This document shows, one piece after another, positions 40,138 to 50,210 of a stretch of DNA of 64,000 bases; position 1 is the stretch's first letter, and each line of letters begins with the position of its first letter. Source of the DNA: Deltaproteobacteria bacterium (GTDB lineage Bacteria; Myxococcota_A; Polyangia; Fen-1088); the NCBI GenBank assembly GCA_033763315.1, contig JANRKS010000021.1, positions 64,001 to 128,000 of the forward strand, in the 5' to 3' direction. A program made the translations under genes and the position numbers. The notes below the pieces were generated by a model. The model was given only the letters and a program-made list of their open reading frames with translations. It had not been told where the DNA came from and did not search any database.

Positions 40138-41709
40138 ATGAAGGTGAACACGTTTCTCTCGTTAGGTATTTTCGCAAGCTTGTTCCTGATCGGCTGCACA
40201 AGCTCAGACGATAACAATGGCGTCATCGATGATCAGCAAGTGCTTCCTGATATGGCCGCGCCGCAAACAGTTCGGCTAGGCAAACGGTCGACCGTCGAGA
40301 TCGATATCCCTGCGAATGCCTTGCCCAGCCGCCAACCATTGACCGTCAACGTGCGGACAGATGTTGTTCGTAAGGGGGCCATTCCGGTTGGTCAATCCGT
40401 TGAGTTCTCGCCGGGGGGCCTAACCTTCACGTCGCCCGTGCGGGTGCGGCAGGCGTTGCCGGCCCCCTCCCCAATGCGTCGCTACGCCGCCTTCGCATCC
40501 AGCACCACTACAGACGTTTGGGTTCGTCGCGGCCGTGGCCGCAAGCTAGGCCCCGGAGCGAGCCCGCAAACGGAAGTGTGGGAAGTGGAAGCTGACACAA
40601 CAGGCTTGTGGGCCTTCGTTGAAGAAGCCGATGAAGTGACAGTGGTGGATGCAGGCGTTCCGGCCGACGCCGAAGCGCCTGTGGATGTCATGCCCTTGCC
40701 GGCTCCTGCTGCGCTCGTGACCGATGCGCCGGCGATCAATTTCGGCGACGTGGTTTTGGGCTCACAATCTCCGTCGCAAACGATCGTGGTGACGAACACG
40801 GGCGCCATGAATACGGGGGCCATCTCCGTATCTTTGACAGCTGATGTATCGGGCACGTTTGCCGTAAAAGCCGGCTCAACCTGCCAAGGCGCGGATCTCG
40901 CTGGCGCACAGACTTGCGCCATCCAGGTGTTCGCGCTGCCGGGTCAGGGTGTGCCGATCGGAGGGACCATGCTGATCATGTCTTCCTCCGGTGCGCAGGC
41001 GATGGTTACGTTGACTGTTAAAGGCGTAAAGCCTCCTTTGCTGGGGGCCAGCACCGCGAATCTCAGTTTTCTGCCGGCGCCCATCAATGCCACGGGCGAA
41101 AGCAAACTCGTGACCATCACGAACACGGGTGATCTGCCCACCGGTCCCATCGCCATTGAGCTCAAAGGCACCGACGCCACCAGTTTCTCCGTCACAGCCA
41201 ACACGTGCACGGGTGCCTTGATGGCAGGGAAAACCTGCATGGCGACGATCACCTTCACGCCAGCAAAAGTAGGCAACGCCGTCGCAAGCCTGGTTGCCAG
41301 CGGCAGCCCCGGCGGCGCCGCGGTGACGAACCTGGGCGGCACGGGACAAGCTTCCGATCAGGGCGCCAGACTCGTGTTCACGAACCCTGCGGCCGGAGGC
41401 AATCAAGTGAACTTCAACGAGTCAGCAACCAACACGTGTTCAGATCCTATCGTCTTCACCGTCACGAACCAGGGCGCCTACATAAGCGAAGCCATCACCT
41501 TTGCCTTCACGGGCGCGGATGCAGACGATTTCGTGGTGTTGCCCACAGGCGATGGCTGTTCAGGCAAGCGCCTGCCCGCCGCTAGCTCATGCATGACGAC
41601 TTTCAACATCTGCGCCAACAATTTCGGGCTGCACTATGCAACAGTCACCGTGAGCGCGAAGGCTGCGGCCGCATCGTCTAGCCTCGATCTCTACGGCTAT
41701 TCCTATTAG
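40138..41709 (+). CDS. surface lipoprotein with a ZU5-like domain and three Ig-like (ASH/choice-of-anchor D) repeats
   Basis: Lipobox LIGC; IPANAL...VEFSPGGLTF..PV; repeated F...TVTNxG...C...L....C. Confidence 0.75.
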   Translation: MKVNTFLSLGIFASLFLIGCTSSDDNNGVIDDQQVLPDMAAPQTVRLGKRSTVEIDIPANALPSRQPLTVNVRTDVVRKGAIPVGQSVEFSPGGLTFTSPVRVRQALPAPSPMRRYAAFASSTTTDVWVRRGRGRKLGPGASPQTEVWEVEADTTGLWAFVEEADEVTVVDAGVPADAEAPVDVMPLPAPAALVTDAPAINFGDVVLGSQSPSQTIVVTNTGAMNTGAISVSLTADVSGTFAVKAGSTCQGADLAGAQTCAIQVFALPGQGVPIGGTMLIMSSSGAQAMVTLTVKGVKPPLLGASTANLSFLPAPINATGESKLVTITNTGDLPTGPIAIELKGTDATSFSVTANTCTGALMAGKTCMATITFTPAKVGNAVASLVASGSPGGAAVTNLGGTGQASDQGARLVFTNPAAGGNQVNFNESATNTCSDPIVFTVTNQGAYISEAITFAFTGADADDFVVLPTGDGCSGKRLPAASSCMTTFNICANNFGLHYATVTVSAKAAAASSSLDLYGYSY

Positions 41710-41721
41710 CCACCAAAACAA

Positions 41722-41752
41722 ACGGGGAGCCGACATCGCTGTCGCTCCCCGT
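41722..41752. terminator. probable intrinsic (possibly bidirectional) terminator between convergent genes
   Basis: ACGGGGAG(C)CGACA-TCGC-TGTCGCTCCCCGT hairpin; T-rich run follows on the minus strand. Confidence 0.65.
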
Positions 41753-41801
41753 GTTGTTAGCCGCAGGTCTGCAACCTGCCTGCGTGAGCTAATGCTTTTC
41801 G

Positions 41802-43328
41802 TTATTGCTCTTCGTGGTAGCCAGCTTCGCCGTGCTCCACCAAGTCCAACCCTTGGTCTTCGATCTCGCTGGTTGGGCGCAGGCCGATCACAGCCTTGAT
41901 GATGTACGCCAACACCGCGGTGGCACCAACCGACCACACAATGGTGAGGCCCATCGCCTTGAGTTGTTCCATCCACAACGTCTTGCCAACAATGGCGGCG
42001 AGGTTTGTGCTGAGGTTCGCGTTGACGTCTGGCGTGGCGAAGATGCCGGTGAGGAAGGCGCCCAAGGTGCCGCCCACGCCGTGGATGCCGAAGGTGTCCA
42101 AAGCGTCGTCGTACTTAAGCCAGCCCTTGAGCTTGGTGCAAGCGAAGTAAGGCACAACCGCAGCCAACACGCCGATCGCCACCGCACCGGAAGGAGTCAC
42201 GAAGCCCGCACCTGGCGTGATAACAACCAAGCCGGCCACGATACCCGAGCAGAAGCCCAGGACTGTGGGCTTGCCACGCGTCACCCACTCAATCAAAGGC
42301 CACACGAAACCGGCAACCGCGGCCGCCAACGTGGTGGTGGTGAAAGCGTTCGCAGACACGCCGTCGGCAGCCACAGCGCTACCAGCGTTAAAGCCGTACC
42401 AGCCGACCCACAACATACCCGTACCAACCATGGTCAACACCATGCTGTGAGGAAGCATCGCGCGGGTGCCGAAGCCATTGCGCTTGCCCAAGATCAAGCA
42501 CAACACAAGCGCCGACCAACCAGAGGTCATGTGCACAACCGTGCCGCCTGCAAAGTCGATCGCCTTGATGCCAGCAGATGCGTTCCATACGCCGTTCATC
42601 AAGCCGTCAGCGCCCCACACCATGTGAGCGAAGGGGAAGTAAACCACAACCATCCACAAGCCGATGAACAGCATGATGGCCGAGTACTTCATGCGTTCTG
42701 CGATCGCGCCGACGATGAGGCCCGGCGTGATGATTGCGAACATCAGTTGGTACATCGAGAACACGTTTTGCGATACCCAGTAGGAGTAATCAGTGTTAGG
42801 CGCTGATGTGACGCCTGAAAGCATCGCCATCTTGAAGTCACCCACGATCGATGAACCGTGCGAGAAGGCCATGCTGTAGCCGAAGGCCCACCACAGAACG
42901 GCAACGAGGGTCGCGCATCCCAGACATTGGGCAAGCACCGAAAGAATGTTCTTCTTGCGCACCAAGCCGCCGTAGAAGAGTGCCAAACCTGGCAAGGTCA
43001 TGAACAAGACCAAAGCCGCACACACCATCATCCAGCCGTTGTGGCCTGGACCCGAGCTGCCCGTCAGTGGCGCGCCCTTGGGAGCGCCGTTCGTGACATA
43101 CGCTTCCAAGTCTGCAATTCGTTGCAACACCTCGGGAGGCACTTCCACGGTCGTTGCGGCTGGCGCAGCGGCGGGAGCAGGAGCGGCTGCAGGAGCGGGC
43201 TCGGCAGCGGCGGGAGCGGCGGGAGCTTCTTCAGCAAAAGCGTTAGAGGCGAGGCCAACAAACGCTGTAAGGGTCAGAAGTCCGATCCGAATTAAACTTG
43301 ATGCGTGCGGTGGGTGGTTCGTTGTCAT
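41802..43328 (-). CDS. amt: ammonium transporter
   Basis: PGLALFYGGLVR.KN, FAIITP, DFAGGTVVH, WYGFNAGS, DDALDTFGIHG; N-terminal signal peptide. Confidence 0.96.
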   Translation of the reverse strand: MTTNHPPHASSLIRIGLLTLTAFVGLASNAFAEEAPAAPAAAEPAPAAAPAPAAAPAATTVEVPPEVLQRIADLEAYVTNGAPKGAPLTGSSGPGHNGWMMVCAALVLFMTLPGLALFYGGLVRKKNILSVLAQCLGCATLVAVLWWAFGYSMAFSHGSSIVGDFKMAMLSGVTSAPNTDYSYWVSQNVFSMYQLMFAIITPGLIVGAIAERMKYSAIMLFIGLWMVVVYFPFAHMVWGADGLMNGVWNASAGIKAIDFAGGTVVHMTSGWSALVLCLILGKRNGFGTRAMLPHSMVLTMVGTGMLWVGWYGFNAGSAVAADGVSANAFTTTTLAAAVAGFVWPLIEWVTRGKPTVLGFCSGIVAGLVVITPGAGFVTPSGAVAIGVLAAVVPYFACTKLKGWLKYDDALDTFGIHGVGGTLGAFLTGIFATPDVNANLSTNLAAIVGKTLWMEQLKAMGLTIVWSVGATAVLAYIIKAVIGLRPTSEIEDQGLDLVEHGEAGYHEEQ

Positions 43329-43647
43329 ACCCAACACAAGTGCCTTGTCTGCGAACACTCTTCCAGCGCAAAGAAACAAGTCGCGAATGATTTAGCCCTC
43401 GCGATACCAACTAGAAATAAACCGGAAACTTAAGGCGCAATTTTTGGCCCAAAGCGCGTACTCTTGCGCAGGGCGGCCACAGTTCTTCAGCCAGGGAAGC
43501 GTCATCCTCGCGCATTTACGCGCGCTTCGCGGCGACTTTCAAAGTCGACACAAAGGCCGAAACACACAGCATTTCTATTAACAATTCAGAAACAACAGCT
43601 TCTTTCGGGCGAAACACCGCAAGAGCGTTCGCCACCGAACGACGGCG

Positions 43648-44562
43648 CTAAACAGGGTTCTGCGACGGCGCCGGGGAGGGCGGCGTTTCGGGTGTTTCGG
43701 TGGCGACCGAGGACGATCGTGGCAACCAAATCGACCAAGCCGTCGCCGCGCCGGCCAAAACCAGGATGCTAGCCGCCAACGTCACTGTGCCAGCATTGAG
43801 CAGCTTCATCGAAGACGAGGTCAGCACCAACACGAGAATCGGTCGAATCACCCGATCGGGCGCTCGCGAGGAATAGCGAGCCGCAAGGAACACGCCCGGG
43901 ATCGCACCGATCACGATCGACGTCATGAGTTGGAAATTAAACGAGCCAAACAACAAGTGTCCGATGGCTGCCGACGCCACCAACGGAATGGCTTGGATGA
44001 GATCCGTGCCCACGAGCTGCTTCATGTGAAGGCGCGGGTAAAGCAACAAAAGTAAGATCATCATCAGCGAACCAGAGCCCACCGATGTGATGCCCACAAC
44101 CAAGCCCCCGGCGATCCCGATGAGAACTGTGGGAATCGGCCGAATGATCAAAGGCGCGTTGGGGTTGAGGCCGGCGCGCTTGCGCATCAAAAGCGGGCGA
44201 ATCACCAAGCCAACAGCCACAACCAACAGGGCCACACCCAAGGAAAACTTCACCGTCCCTTGCAGGTGCGCGCCCTCACCCAACCCGCGCAGCAACAAAA
44301 CACCCAAGAACGCCGCGGGAACGGAGCCCATCACAAGCCAACGGACCAAGCGCCAATTGACCGTGCCCCGCTTCCAATGCACCCCGCCGCCCACAGGCTT
44401 CATCACCAAAGAGGCCACGATGTCACTTGAAACTGCCGAGAGCGGATCGATGCCAAAACCCAAGACAAGAATGGGGGTCATCAAGGCCCCGCCGCCCATG
44501 CCGGTCAAGCCCACGACAATGCCCACGAGAAAGCCAGCAAGGATGATGGGGATGTTGAACAT
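43648..44562 (-). CDS. TauE/SafE sulfite exporter family protein
   Basis: GLTGMGGGALMTP, TSVGSGS, LVGTD. Confidence 0.9.
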   Translation of the reverse strand: MFNIPIILAGFLVGIVVGLTGMGGGALMTPILVLGFGIDPLSAVSSDIVASLVMKPVGGGVHWKRGTVNWRLVRWLVMGSVPAAFLGVLLLRGLGEGAHLQGTVKFSLGVALLVVAVGLVIRPLLMRKRAGLNPNAPLIIRPIPTVLIGIAGGLVVGITSVGSGSLMMILLLLLYPRLHMKQLVGTDLIQAIPLVASAAIGHLLFGSFNFQLMTSIVIGAIPGVFLAARYSSRAPDRVIRPILVLVLTSSSMKLLNAGTVTLAASILVLAGAATAWSIWLPRSSSVATETPETPPSPAPSQNPV

Positions 44563-44617
44563 GGCGGAATCTAGGTCGGTTAAACGGAGGGCCGCCTAAA
44601 CTAGCGCCGGTCGCGGC

Positions 44618-45376
44618 TTGTTGCCACTTTGGAACGCCGCGGCGACTGAATGCCCGGCCATCCTGCCGGCGGAAGCCTCGTACGTGACCACCGGGTCCCC
44701 CGAATTTCGCTATAGATGGCGGTTGTTGCCAGAGCCTCTTTCACTTTTCGCCCCACTGTGGCGGTCGTTCACCAGCGCCCCAACCACAGCCACCGAAACG
44801 CCGGGGATCCGCGCCGACTGGCACAAAGGCCGCCCCCGCTACGCCGTTTGGGTGGTGCGCGTCAGTCACCCCGCCGTAAACGAACGCGTGGCCGCCCTGG
44901 GACAGGCCTTGAAGCCCTGGCTCATCCCGCAGCCCGATCTGCACGTGACATTGGGCATCGCGGGCTTTCCGCGCCGCCAGTGCGTGGAAGACGACGACGT
45001 TTCGGAGAACGTGCTGGCCGCCCAGGCGGACGCCGTGGCTGCGTGGGCGCGTGCCACTTTATTTCGCGTGCACGGCGCGTGCGCCTTCTTGGCGGCGCCT
45101 TTTCTGTGTGTAACGGACGACCATCACAGCCTGCGCGACCTGCGGGCGCTGCTTGATCCGCCAGGCCGTGCGTTGAGCATCGAAGCTTACGTGCCACACG
45201 TGACTGTGGGGCGTTGGAATGGCGCTCACGCCACGGCCGCTGTGGCCCTGCGAATGGAGCCTTTTCGCAACGGCGACCCCATCGACGTGAAGGCCGATGC
45301 CGTGGAATTGGTGGACTACGACGCGGCCGATCCGCAGGCCCGGCTCGTCACGAAAGTGCGCGTTCCGATGCCTTAG
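44618..45376 (+). CDS. 2H phosphoesterase (2'-5' RNA ligase family)
   Basis: Two HxT motifs, LHVTL and PHVTV. Start uncertain. Confidence 0.75.
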   Translation: MLPLWNAAATECPAILPAEASYVTTGSPEFRYRWRLLPEPLSLFAPLWRSFTSAPTTATETPGIRADWHKGRPRYAVWVVRVSHPAVNERVAALGQALKPWLIPQPDLHVTLGIAGFPRRQCVEDDDVSENVLAAQADAVAAWARATLFRVHGACAFLAAPFLCVTDDHHSLRDLRALLDPPGRALSIEAYVPHVTVGRWNGAHATAAVALRMEPFRNGDPIDVKADAVELVDYDAADPQARLVTKVRVPMP

Positions 45377-47481
45377 CGGTGTGCGATCAGCACGAGCGCT
45401 TCAGGCCGCCCCAGCAGCGCTTGCAGCACGCGCAGGCTTGTTTCGGGATCAAGCGCCGCCAGCGATTCATCAAACACGCGCACGTCCACACGCTGCAACA
45501 GCGAGCGCGCCACGAACACGCGGCTCCGTTCACCGTGCGAAAGCTGCCACCCCGAATCACCAACGGTTTGATTTAAGCCCGCAGGCATGCGATCCAAAAG
45601 TGGGCCAAGGCCTAATTCACGACATACGGCATCGGCGGCGGCGATGTCTTCTTGCCGCGGTGGCCAGCGCCGGCCCAACAACAAGTTGAACAACAACGGC
45701 CCCGCGAAAATGTGGTTGTCATGAAATTGCGGCACGCCTCCAGATCGCTGGCGCCATCGCTGCGGCCCCACAGCGTGGTGATCAAAGCCGCCCAGCAGCA
45801 GCACACCCGAAGTGGGCACGCGCAAGCCCGAAAGAATTGCACCCAAAGTTGATTTTCCGCCTCCCGAGCCGCCTTCCAACAACACGCGTTCGTGACGACG
45901 AATCGAAAAATTGCACCCGCGCAACACGGCCTCGGGTCGGCCTTCGTAACGAAACACGACGTCGCGCCCCACCATCAAACCACGCCGCCCCACGGCGGCC
46001 TCGTCGGGAGACGCCGCCAACACGTCCGCCGAACTGGCGACGCCGCGCTGGGCGGCTGAAAACAAGAAGCGCAAGTTTCGCCACGCCACAAACGCCGCGG
46101 TCAACGCGGGGCTCGCTTCAGCCAGGTGGCGAAACGCACCCCAGATCAGCACCACGCCACCCAAAGCCGTTGCCAATGCCGCCGACGATGTGCCGCGATC
46201 AACGAACGCTGGAACGAGCCCCAATAAGCCCAGCACCACCCAGCCGCGCGGCAAAATCGCCGTGAGCTTTGTGGCCGCTTGATCCAATAGCCATGAGCGT
46301 TCTTGGTATTCGTCAAGCGAGGCATGCAGATGGCCGAGATGCAACCCTTGGTCTTGCGCCACCAAAGTGCGGTGGCCCACCATGGCTTCCACAAGCTCGT
46401 GTGTGACCGTCAGGCGAGCGTCGGTCCACGCCGTGAGCCGACGTTGCAGGCCGCGCAGCCACCACGCGAGCAACACAAGCCACAGCACCAACAACACAAA
46501 ATGGATCACGCCCCCCGCGCCCAGGGCAAGCAGCGAGGCACCCAACACCAGATCCAACACAACCCAAATCAAAGTGGGACCGCCGCCGCGCGCGAGAAGT
46601 TCAAGCGAATCAACTTCAAGCACAGTGCCAAGCAATTGTCCCACGCCGCGCGCGCGGATCTCGCCACCATCAAGGCGCAGGATGCCTTCCAACAAACGCT
46701 CGCGGGCCAAACCCGAAAGCAGCACCACGGCGCGCCCCAAAGCTGAGCCCGCCACCGCGCGCACTCCAACCATCGTGGCCAGCAGCAAACCAAACGCCCA
46801 TAAAGTGCCCGACTCCAAACGCCCTTGCAGCGCGCCGTTGGCCACCATGCCCCACGCGCCGCTGAACAACGCCAACTGCCCGATGAACCCCGCCAAGCCC
46901 GTTAGCAACAAACGTGCGGCGCCCAGGCGTCGAGCGCGTTGCCAAAACGTGGGCGCGGCGTCTTCGATCACCCACGCTTCGGCCAAAGCGCCGCCGCCTA
47001 AGGCCGCACGCATCGCACGCTCGGCGGCGAGGCGTTGCTTGCGCGGCAAGCCGAGTTCTGCAACCACCTGTGTGGCGTTTGCCGCGAACAACGCGTGCTC
47101 AAGCTGTGAGACATCGACGTAGACAGCGCCGTTGGGCGTAAGCACGCGCGCTGTGTGAGATGTGGCGGGCAAAGGCCCAACCACAACGAGGTATGCACCT
47201 TCTTCGGTCTCGGCGCTTAGGCAGCGCGCGATGATCGCGGATGCCTCTGGCAAAAGATCGGATAAGCCGCGCGCCCGCTGATCAGGTGCATCGACGGCGA
47301 GGCCCAAGCGGTGCACCCCCGCTTGCACCCAGCGATCAAGCGGAGGCCCAGCGATCACATCGGGCGCAGGGTTGGCCAGCGTGCGGAGTTCATCCACGCC
47401 GCGCAACTCTGTGTTGATCGCGGTCATCGCTTCGCCCAAGCGCGCGCGCGGCCAAGTCAATGATGCGGCCGCAACGCTCAT
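45373..47481 (-). CDS. ABC exporter (TMD+NBD) without a peptidase motif; partner of the C39 transporter
   Basis: Walker A GGSGGGKST, LSHGERSR, VFDES, IAHR; start overlaps the upstream stop. Confidence 0.88.
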   Translation of the reverse strand: MSVAAASLTWPRARLGEAMTAINTELRGVDELRTLANPAPDVIAGPPLDRWVQAGVHRLGLAVDAPDQRARGLSDLLPEASAIIARCLSAETEEGAYLVVVGPLPATSHTARVLTPNGAVYVDVSQLEHALFAANATQVVAELGLPRKQRLAAERAMRAALGGGALAEAWVIEDAAPTFWQRARRLGAARLLLTGLAGFIGQLALFSGAWGMVANGALQGRLESGTLWAFGLLLATMVGVRAVAGSALGRAVVLLSGLARERLLEGILRLDGGEIRARGVGQLLGTVLEVDSLELLARGGGPTLIWVVLDLVLGASLLALGAGGVIHFVLLVLWLVLLAWWLRGLQRRLTAWTDARLTVTHELVEAMVGHRTLVAQDQGLHLGHLHASLDEYQERSWLLDQAATKLTAILPRGWVVLGLLGLVPAFVDRGTSSAALATALGGVVLIWGAFRHLAEASPALTAAFVAWRNLRFLFSAAQRGVASSADVLAASPDEAAVGRRGLMVGRDVVFRYEGRPEAVLRGCNFSIRRHERVLLEGGSGGGKSTLGAILSGLRVPTSGVLLLGGFDHHAVGPQRWRQRSGGVPQFHDNHIFAGPLLFNLLLGRRWPPRQEDIAAADAVCRELGLGPLLDRMPAGLNQTVGDSGWQLSHGERSRVFVARSLLQRVDVRVFDESLAALDPETSLRVLQALLGRPEALVLIAHR

Positions 47482-50210
47482 CGCGCCCCCTCGGACGCGG
47501 TTGGCGGCGCGGTCTCTTGCACTTGCCCCGCCACCAATTGCCAGCGGCGCCAGTGAGGTTCGGCGAACGCCGATTGCAAGCGCTCTTCAACCGCCAAGAA
47601 TTTCGCAAATAGAGATTCAGGGTCTGCGGCCAACGCGCGCGGTGGGCCATCTTCGGCCACCCGGCCATTGGCAATCACCAACACGCGATCGAACACCATC
47701 GCGTCGGCCACGTCGTGCGTGGCGCATAAGAATGTGGCGCTGGCCCAGCGCTCCCTCGCGCGCGCCAAGAGCCGCTGCCGGCGGGGGCGTTCCAAGCCGC
47801 GGAACGCTTCATCCAACAACACAAGCCTTGCCTGTTCCTTGTGAATGTTGCGTGCAAAACGCACGCGTTGGCCTTCACCGCCTGACAGCAACCCGCCACT
47901 TTCGCCTAACGACGATTCAAGGCCTGTGGGCAAGCGCGCCAAGACTTCATCAAGCTCGGCGTCTTCGATAGAAGCACCCACCGGAGAGTCGGGGCGCGAA
48001 GAGCCATAGCGCAGGTTTTCAAGCAAGCTGCGGTTCCACAACTGCACCGATGGATCCACCCACACAGTGTGGCGCCGCAAAGCTTCAACGAGAGCCGGGC
48101 AAGAGGCCTCTCCATCTAAGTTCACCTGCCCGCGCGCGGGCTCGTGCCACCCCATCACCAAACCCAACAGACTGCTTTTGCCGCTGCCTGAAGCCCCCAC
48201 CATGGCCACGTGGCCACCCGCGGGCAAGTGAAGTGACTCGATCACGAGAACTTCATGGCCGCCCGCCTCCACGCGCACATCATCAAAGCGCAGGTCCACA
48301 CCCGTCGAAGCCTGTGAGGGCACCTCGGCGGGCCGTTCGGCATCGGCGGCGCCCAAAGGCTCGACGAGGCGCGCGGCAAGGTTCTTTTGCCGCGGAATTT
48401 GTTGCAACAAGAACGCAAACTCTTGCCCGAGCGCCGGCAGCGACAAACACCAATACACAAGCAGCAAGGCCCATCCAGAGCCCGGCGCGCGCGTCAGGTG
48501 ATCGAACAGCAGCGCCAAGGCAAAGCCATAGCCCACCAAGGTAACGGTGGCTTCCGAACGCACGGCGTATCGTGCCGCTTGCCACGCGGAACGGGCCCAT
48601 TCTTCGAGGCGCGTGGAATGCTCACGCATCAACGCCGTTTCGCCCGCGTGGGCACGCACGGCTTGCAAACCCAAAAGCGCATCCAGATAAAACACCGACA
48701 ACGCGCCCGCATGCGCCCGCACGCGCATGTCGCGCTCTTCGTGCCCCGATTGCATAAGCAAGGGAAAGCCCACAAGCGCCGCAAGCGAAAGCAAAGCCAA
48801 GGGCGTGCCACGCGGGTGCAACCAAATTACACCCGCGGTGGTCACCATCAATTCGCAGGTCACACGGAAGATCTGGCCTGCGTAAAACGGCAGCGATCGG
48901 ATCTGGTGGATCTGGTGCGCCCGCGTGGCCATGTCTGAAACAGGACGGCTTTGAAAATACGCGTCTTGCAAGCGCGGCAGCTTGTTTAAAAAGGCACGCC
49001 GCAAACCGCCTTCCAAGCGACGTCCAAGCGATGCCAGGCCCAAGGCGGTGGGCCACTCAAGCAACAGCAATGACGTGGCGAACAAGGCCACCATCGCCAC
49101 AGCGGCAACCCGGTGTGAAAACAGGGGCAAGCGTCGGCCGATGTCGAAGAAGGCACGGAACAACACCGCTTCCACCAGCGAACCCGCCGCCGCCAAACCA
49201 AGCCCTGCCCCGAGTAACCAAGGGGCGCGTTTCCCCGCCGTTGCCACCAGCCGCAGCAGCACCTTCGCCACAGGCTCTTCTGCGCCCGCCAAAGCGCGCG
49301 TGGTGGCCGTGGCCGGCGCGTTTGTTTGTGCAGAACCCGCGGGCTTAACACCATCCAATGCGATGGCCACAGCGCCGCGCATTTTCACCATCTTCACTGT
49401 TGTGTGCGTCGGGCCACCGGGCTCGCGATGTTCAGGCGGAACTTCCTCTTGCACATCCGCAGCGGGCTTGGCCAGCCGCAGGGCCTCGGGGATGGCGTTG
49501 GGGTTGTTGGCAGACGCGGCCACCAAACCATCGATCACGCGCGCGGCTTGTGCGGCGGAAAACCCGGCGTGGCCTTGCAGCCCTTCGGCCAAGCGCAAAG
49601 CACCTTCCAAGCGGCAAAACGCTTCCCAGCCTTGCGCCACAGCTTCATCAAAGCGTGCGGCTGCACGTGTGCACCCCGCGGCTTGCAGGCGCGCCACCAC
49701 CACACGCCGCAAGCCCGGATCGTGAACGAAATCTAAAAACGCTTCGAGCGGCACGGGCACATCCACCATGGCCACTTGCCGCATGAATTCACGGTGGTGC
49801 ACCCAATGCCGCCCGCGCGCCGGATCCATCACTTGCAGGTATGGGCCCACGCGCCGCCACACCACCACGAAGTGCAAGATGCCCGAAGGCATCGCCGTCA
49901 CCACGATCGCGGGCATGAGATCTGCGCGGTTCATCAATAGATGTTCCACGGGCATCACAGACTCGGCCGCGTCCAAACCCAACTCCTGCAGCACGGCCTC
50001 CAGCGCGGACACGGCGGTGCCATCCACGCTGGTGTGGCAGGCCTCGCGCAGACGCCCGTAGCTGACGGCGACGCCGTAACCTTCAAGCACGCTCTTTAAA
50101 CACGCAGGCCCGCAGTCCATCGCTGAGGTTTGAATCGCCTCAGGCACGAAGAACCGACGCCGCGCGCGCCGCCGGCTGGCCGCTTTGGAATCCGCGTCTT
50201 CTTGGCTCAT
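47478..50210 (-). CDS. peptidase C39-containing ABC transporter (PCAT)
   Basis: QTSAMDCGPACL, HFVVV, VMDPARG (Cys/His/Asp intact); GASGSGKS, LSGGEGQR, LLDEA. Confidence 0.93.
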   Translation of the reverse strand: MSQEDADSKAASRRRARRRFFVPEAIQTSAMDCGPACLKSVLEGYGVAVSYGRLREACHTSVDGTAVSALEAVLQELGLDAAESVMPVEHLLMNRADLMPAIVVTAMPSGILHFVVVWRRVGPYLQVMDPARGRHWVHHREFMRQVAMVDVPVPLEAFLDFVHDPGLRRVVVARLQAAGCTRAAARFDEAVAQGWEAFCRLEGALRLAEGLQGHAGFSAAQAARVIDGLVAASANNPNAIPEALRLAKPAADVQEEVPPEHREPGGPTHTTVKMVKMRGAVAIALDGVKPAGSAQTNAPATATTRALAGAEEPVAKVLLRLVATAGKRAPWLLGAGLGLAAAGSLVEAVLFRAFFDIGRRLPLFSHRVAAVAMVALFATSLLLLEWPTALGLASLGRRLEGGLRRAFLNKLPRLQDAYFQSRPVSDMATRAHQIHQIRSLPFYAGQIFRVTCELMVTTAGVIWLHPRGTPLALLSLAALVGFPLLMQSGHEERDMRVRAHAGALSVFYLDALLGLQAVRAHAGETALMREHSTRLEEWARSAWQAARYAVRSEATVTLVGYGFALALLFDHLTRAPGSGWALLLVYWCLSLPALGQEFAFLLQQIPRQKNLAARLVEPLGAADAERPAEVPSQASTGVDLRFDDVRVEAGGHEVLVIESLHLPAGGHVAMVGASGSGKSSLLGLVMGWHEPARGQVNLDGEASCPALVEALRRHTVWVDPSVQLWNRSLLENLRYGSSRPDSPVGASIEDAELDEVLARLPTGLESSLGESGGLLSGGEGQRVRFARNIHKEQARLVLLDEAFRGLERPRRQRLLARARERWASATFLCATHDVADAMVFDRVLVIANGRVAEDGPPRALAADPESLFAKFLAVEERLQSAFAEPHWRRWQLVAGQVQETAPPTASEGAR

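Noticed and set aside
41805-42806. Long antisense ORF over amt, and similar shadow ORFs throughout
   Set aside because: Expected in GC-rich DNA opposite well-supported genes; no motifs.
43350-43410. Two GG-N10-GC motifs upstream of amt as sigma54 promoters
   Set aside because: Both match the full consensus poorly and one is very close to the start codon. Plausible for a nitrogen gene but unsupported.
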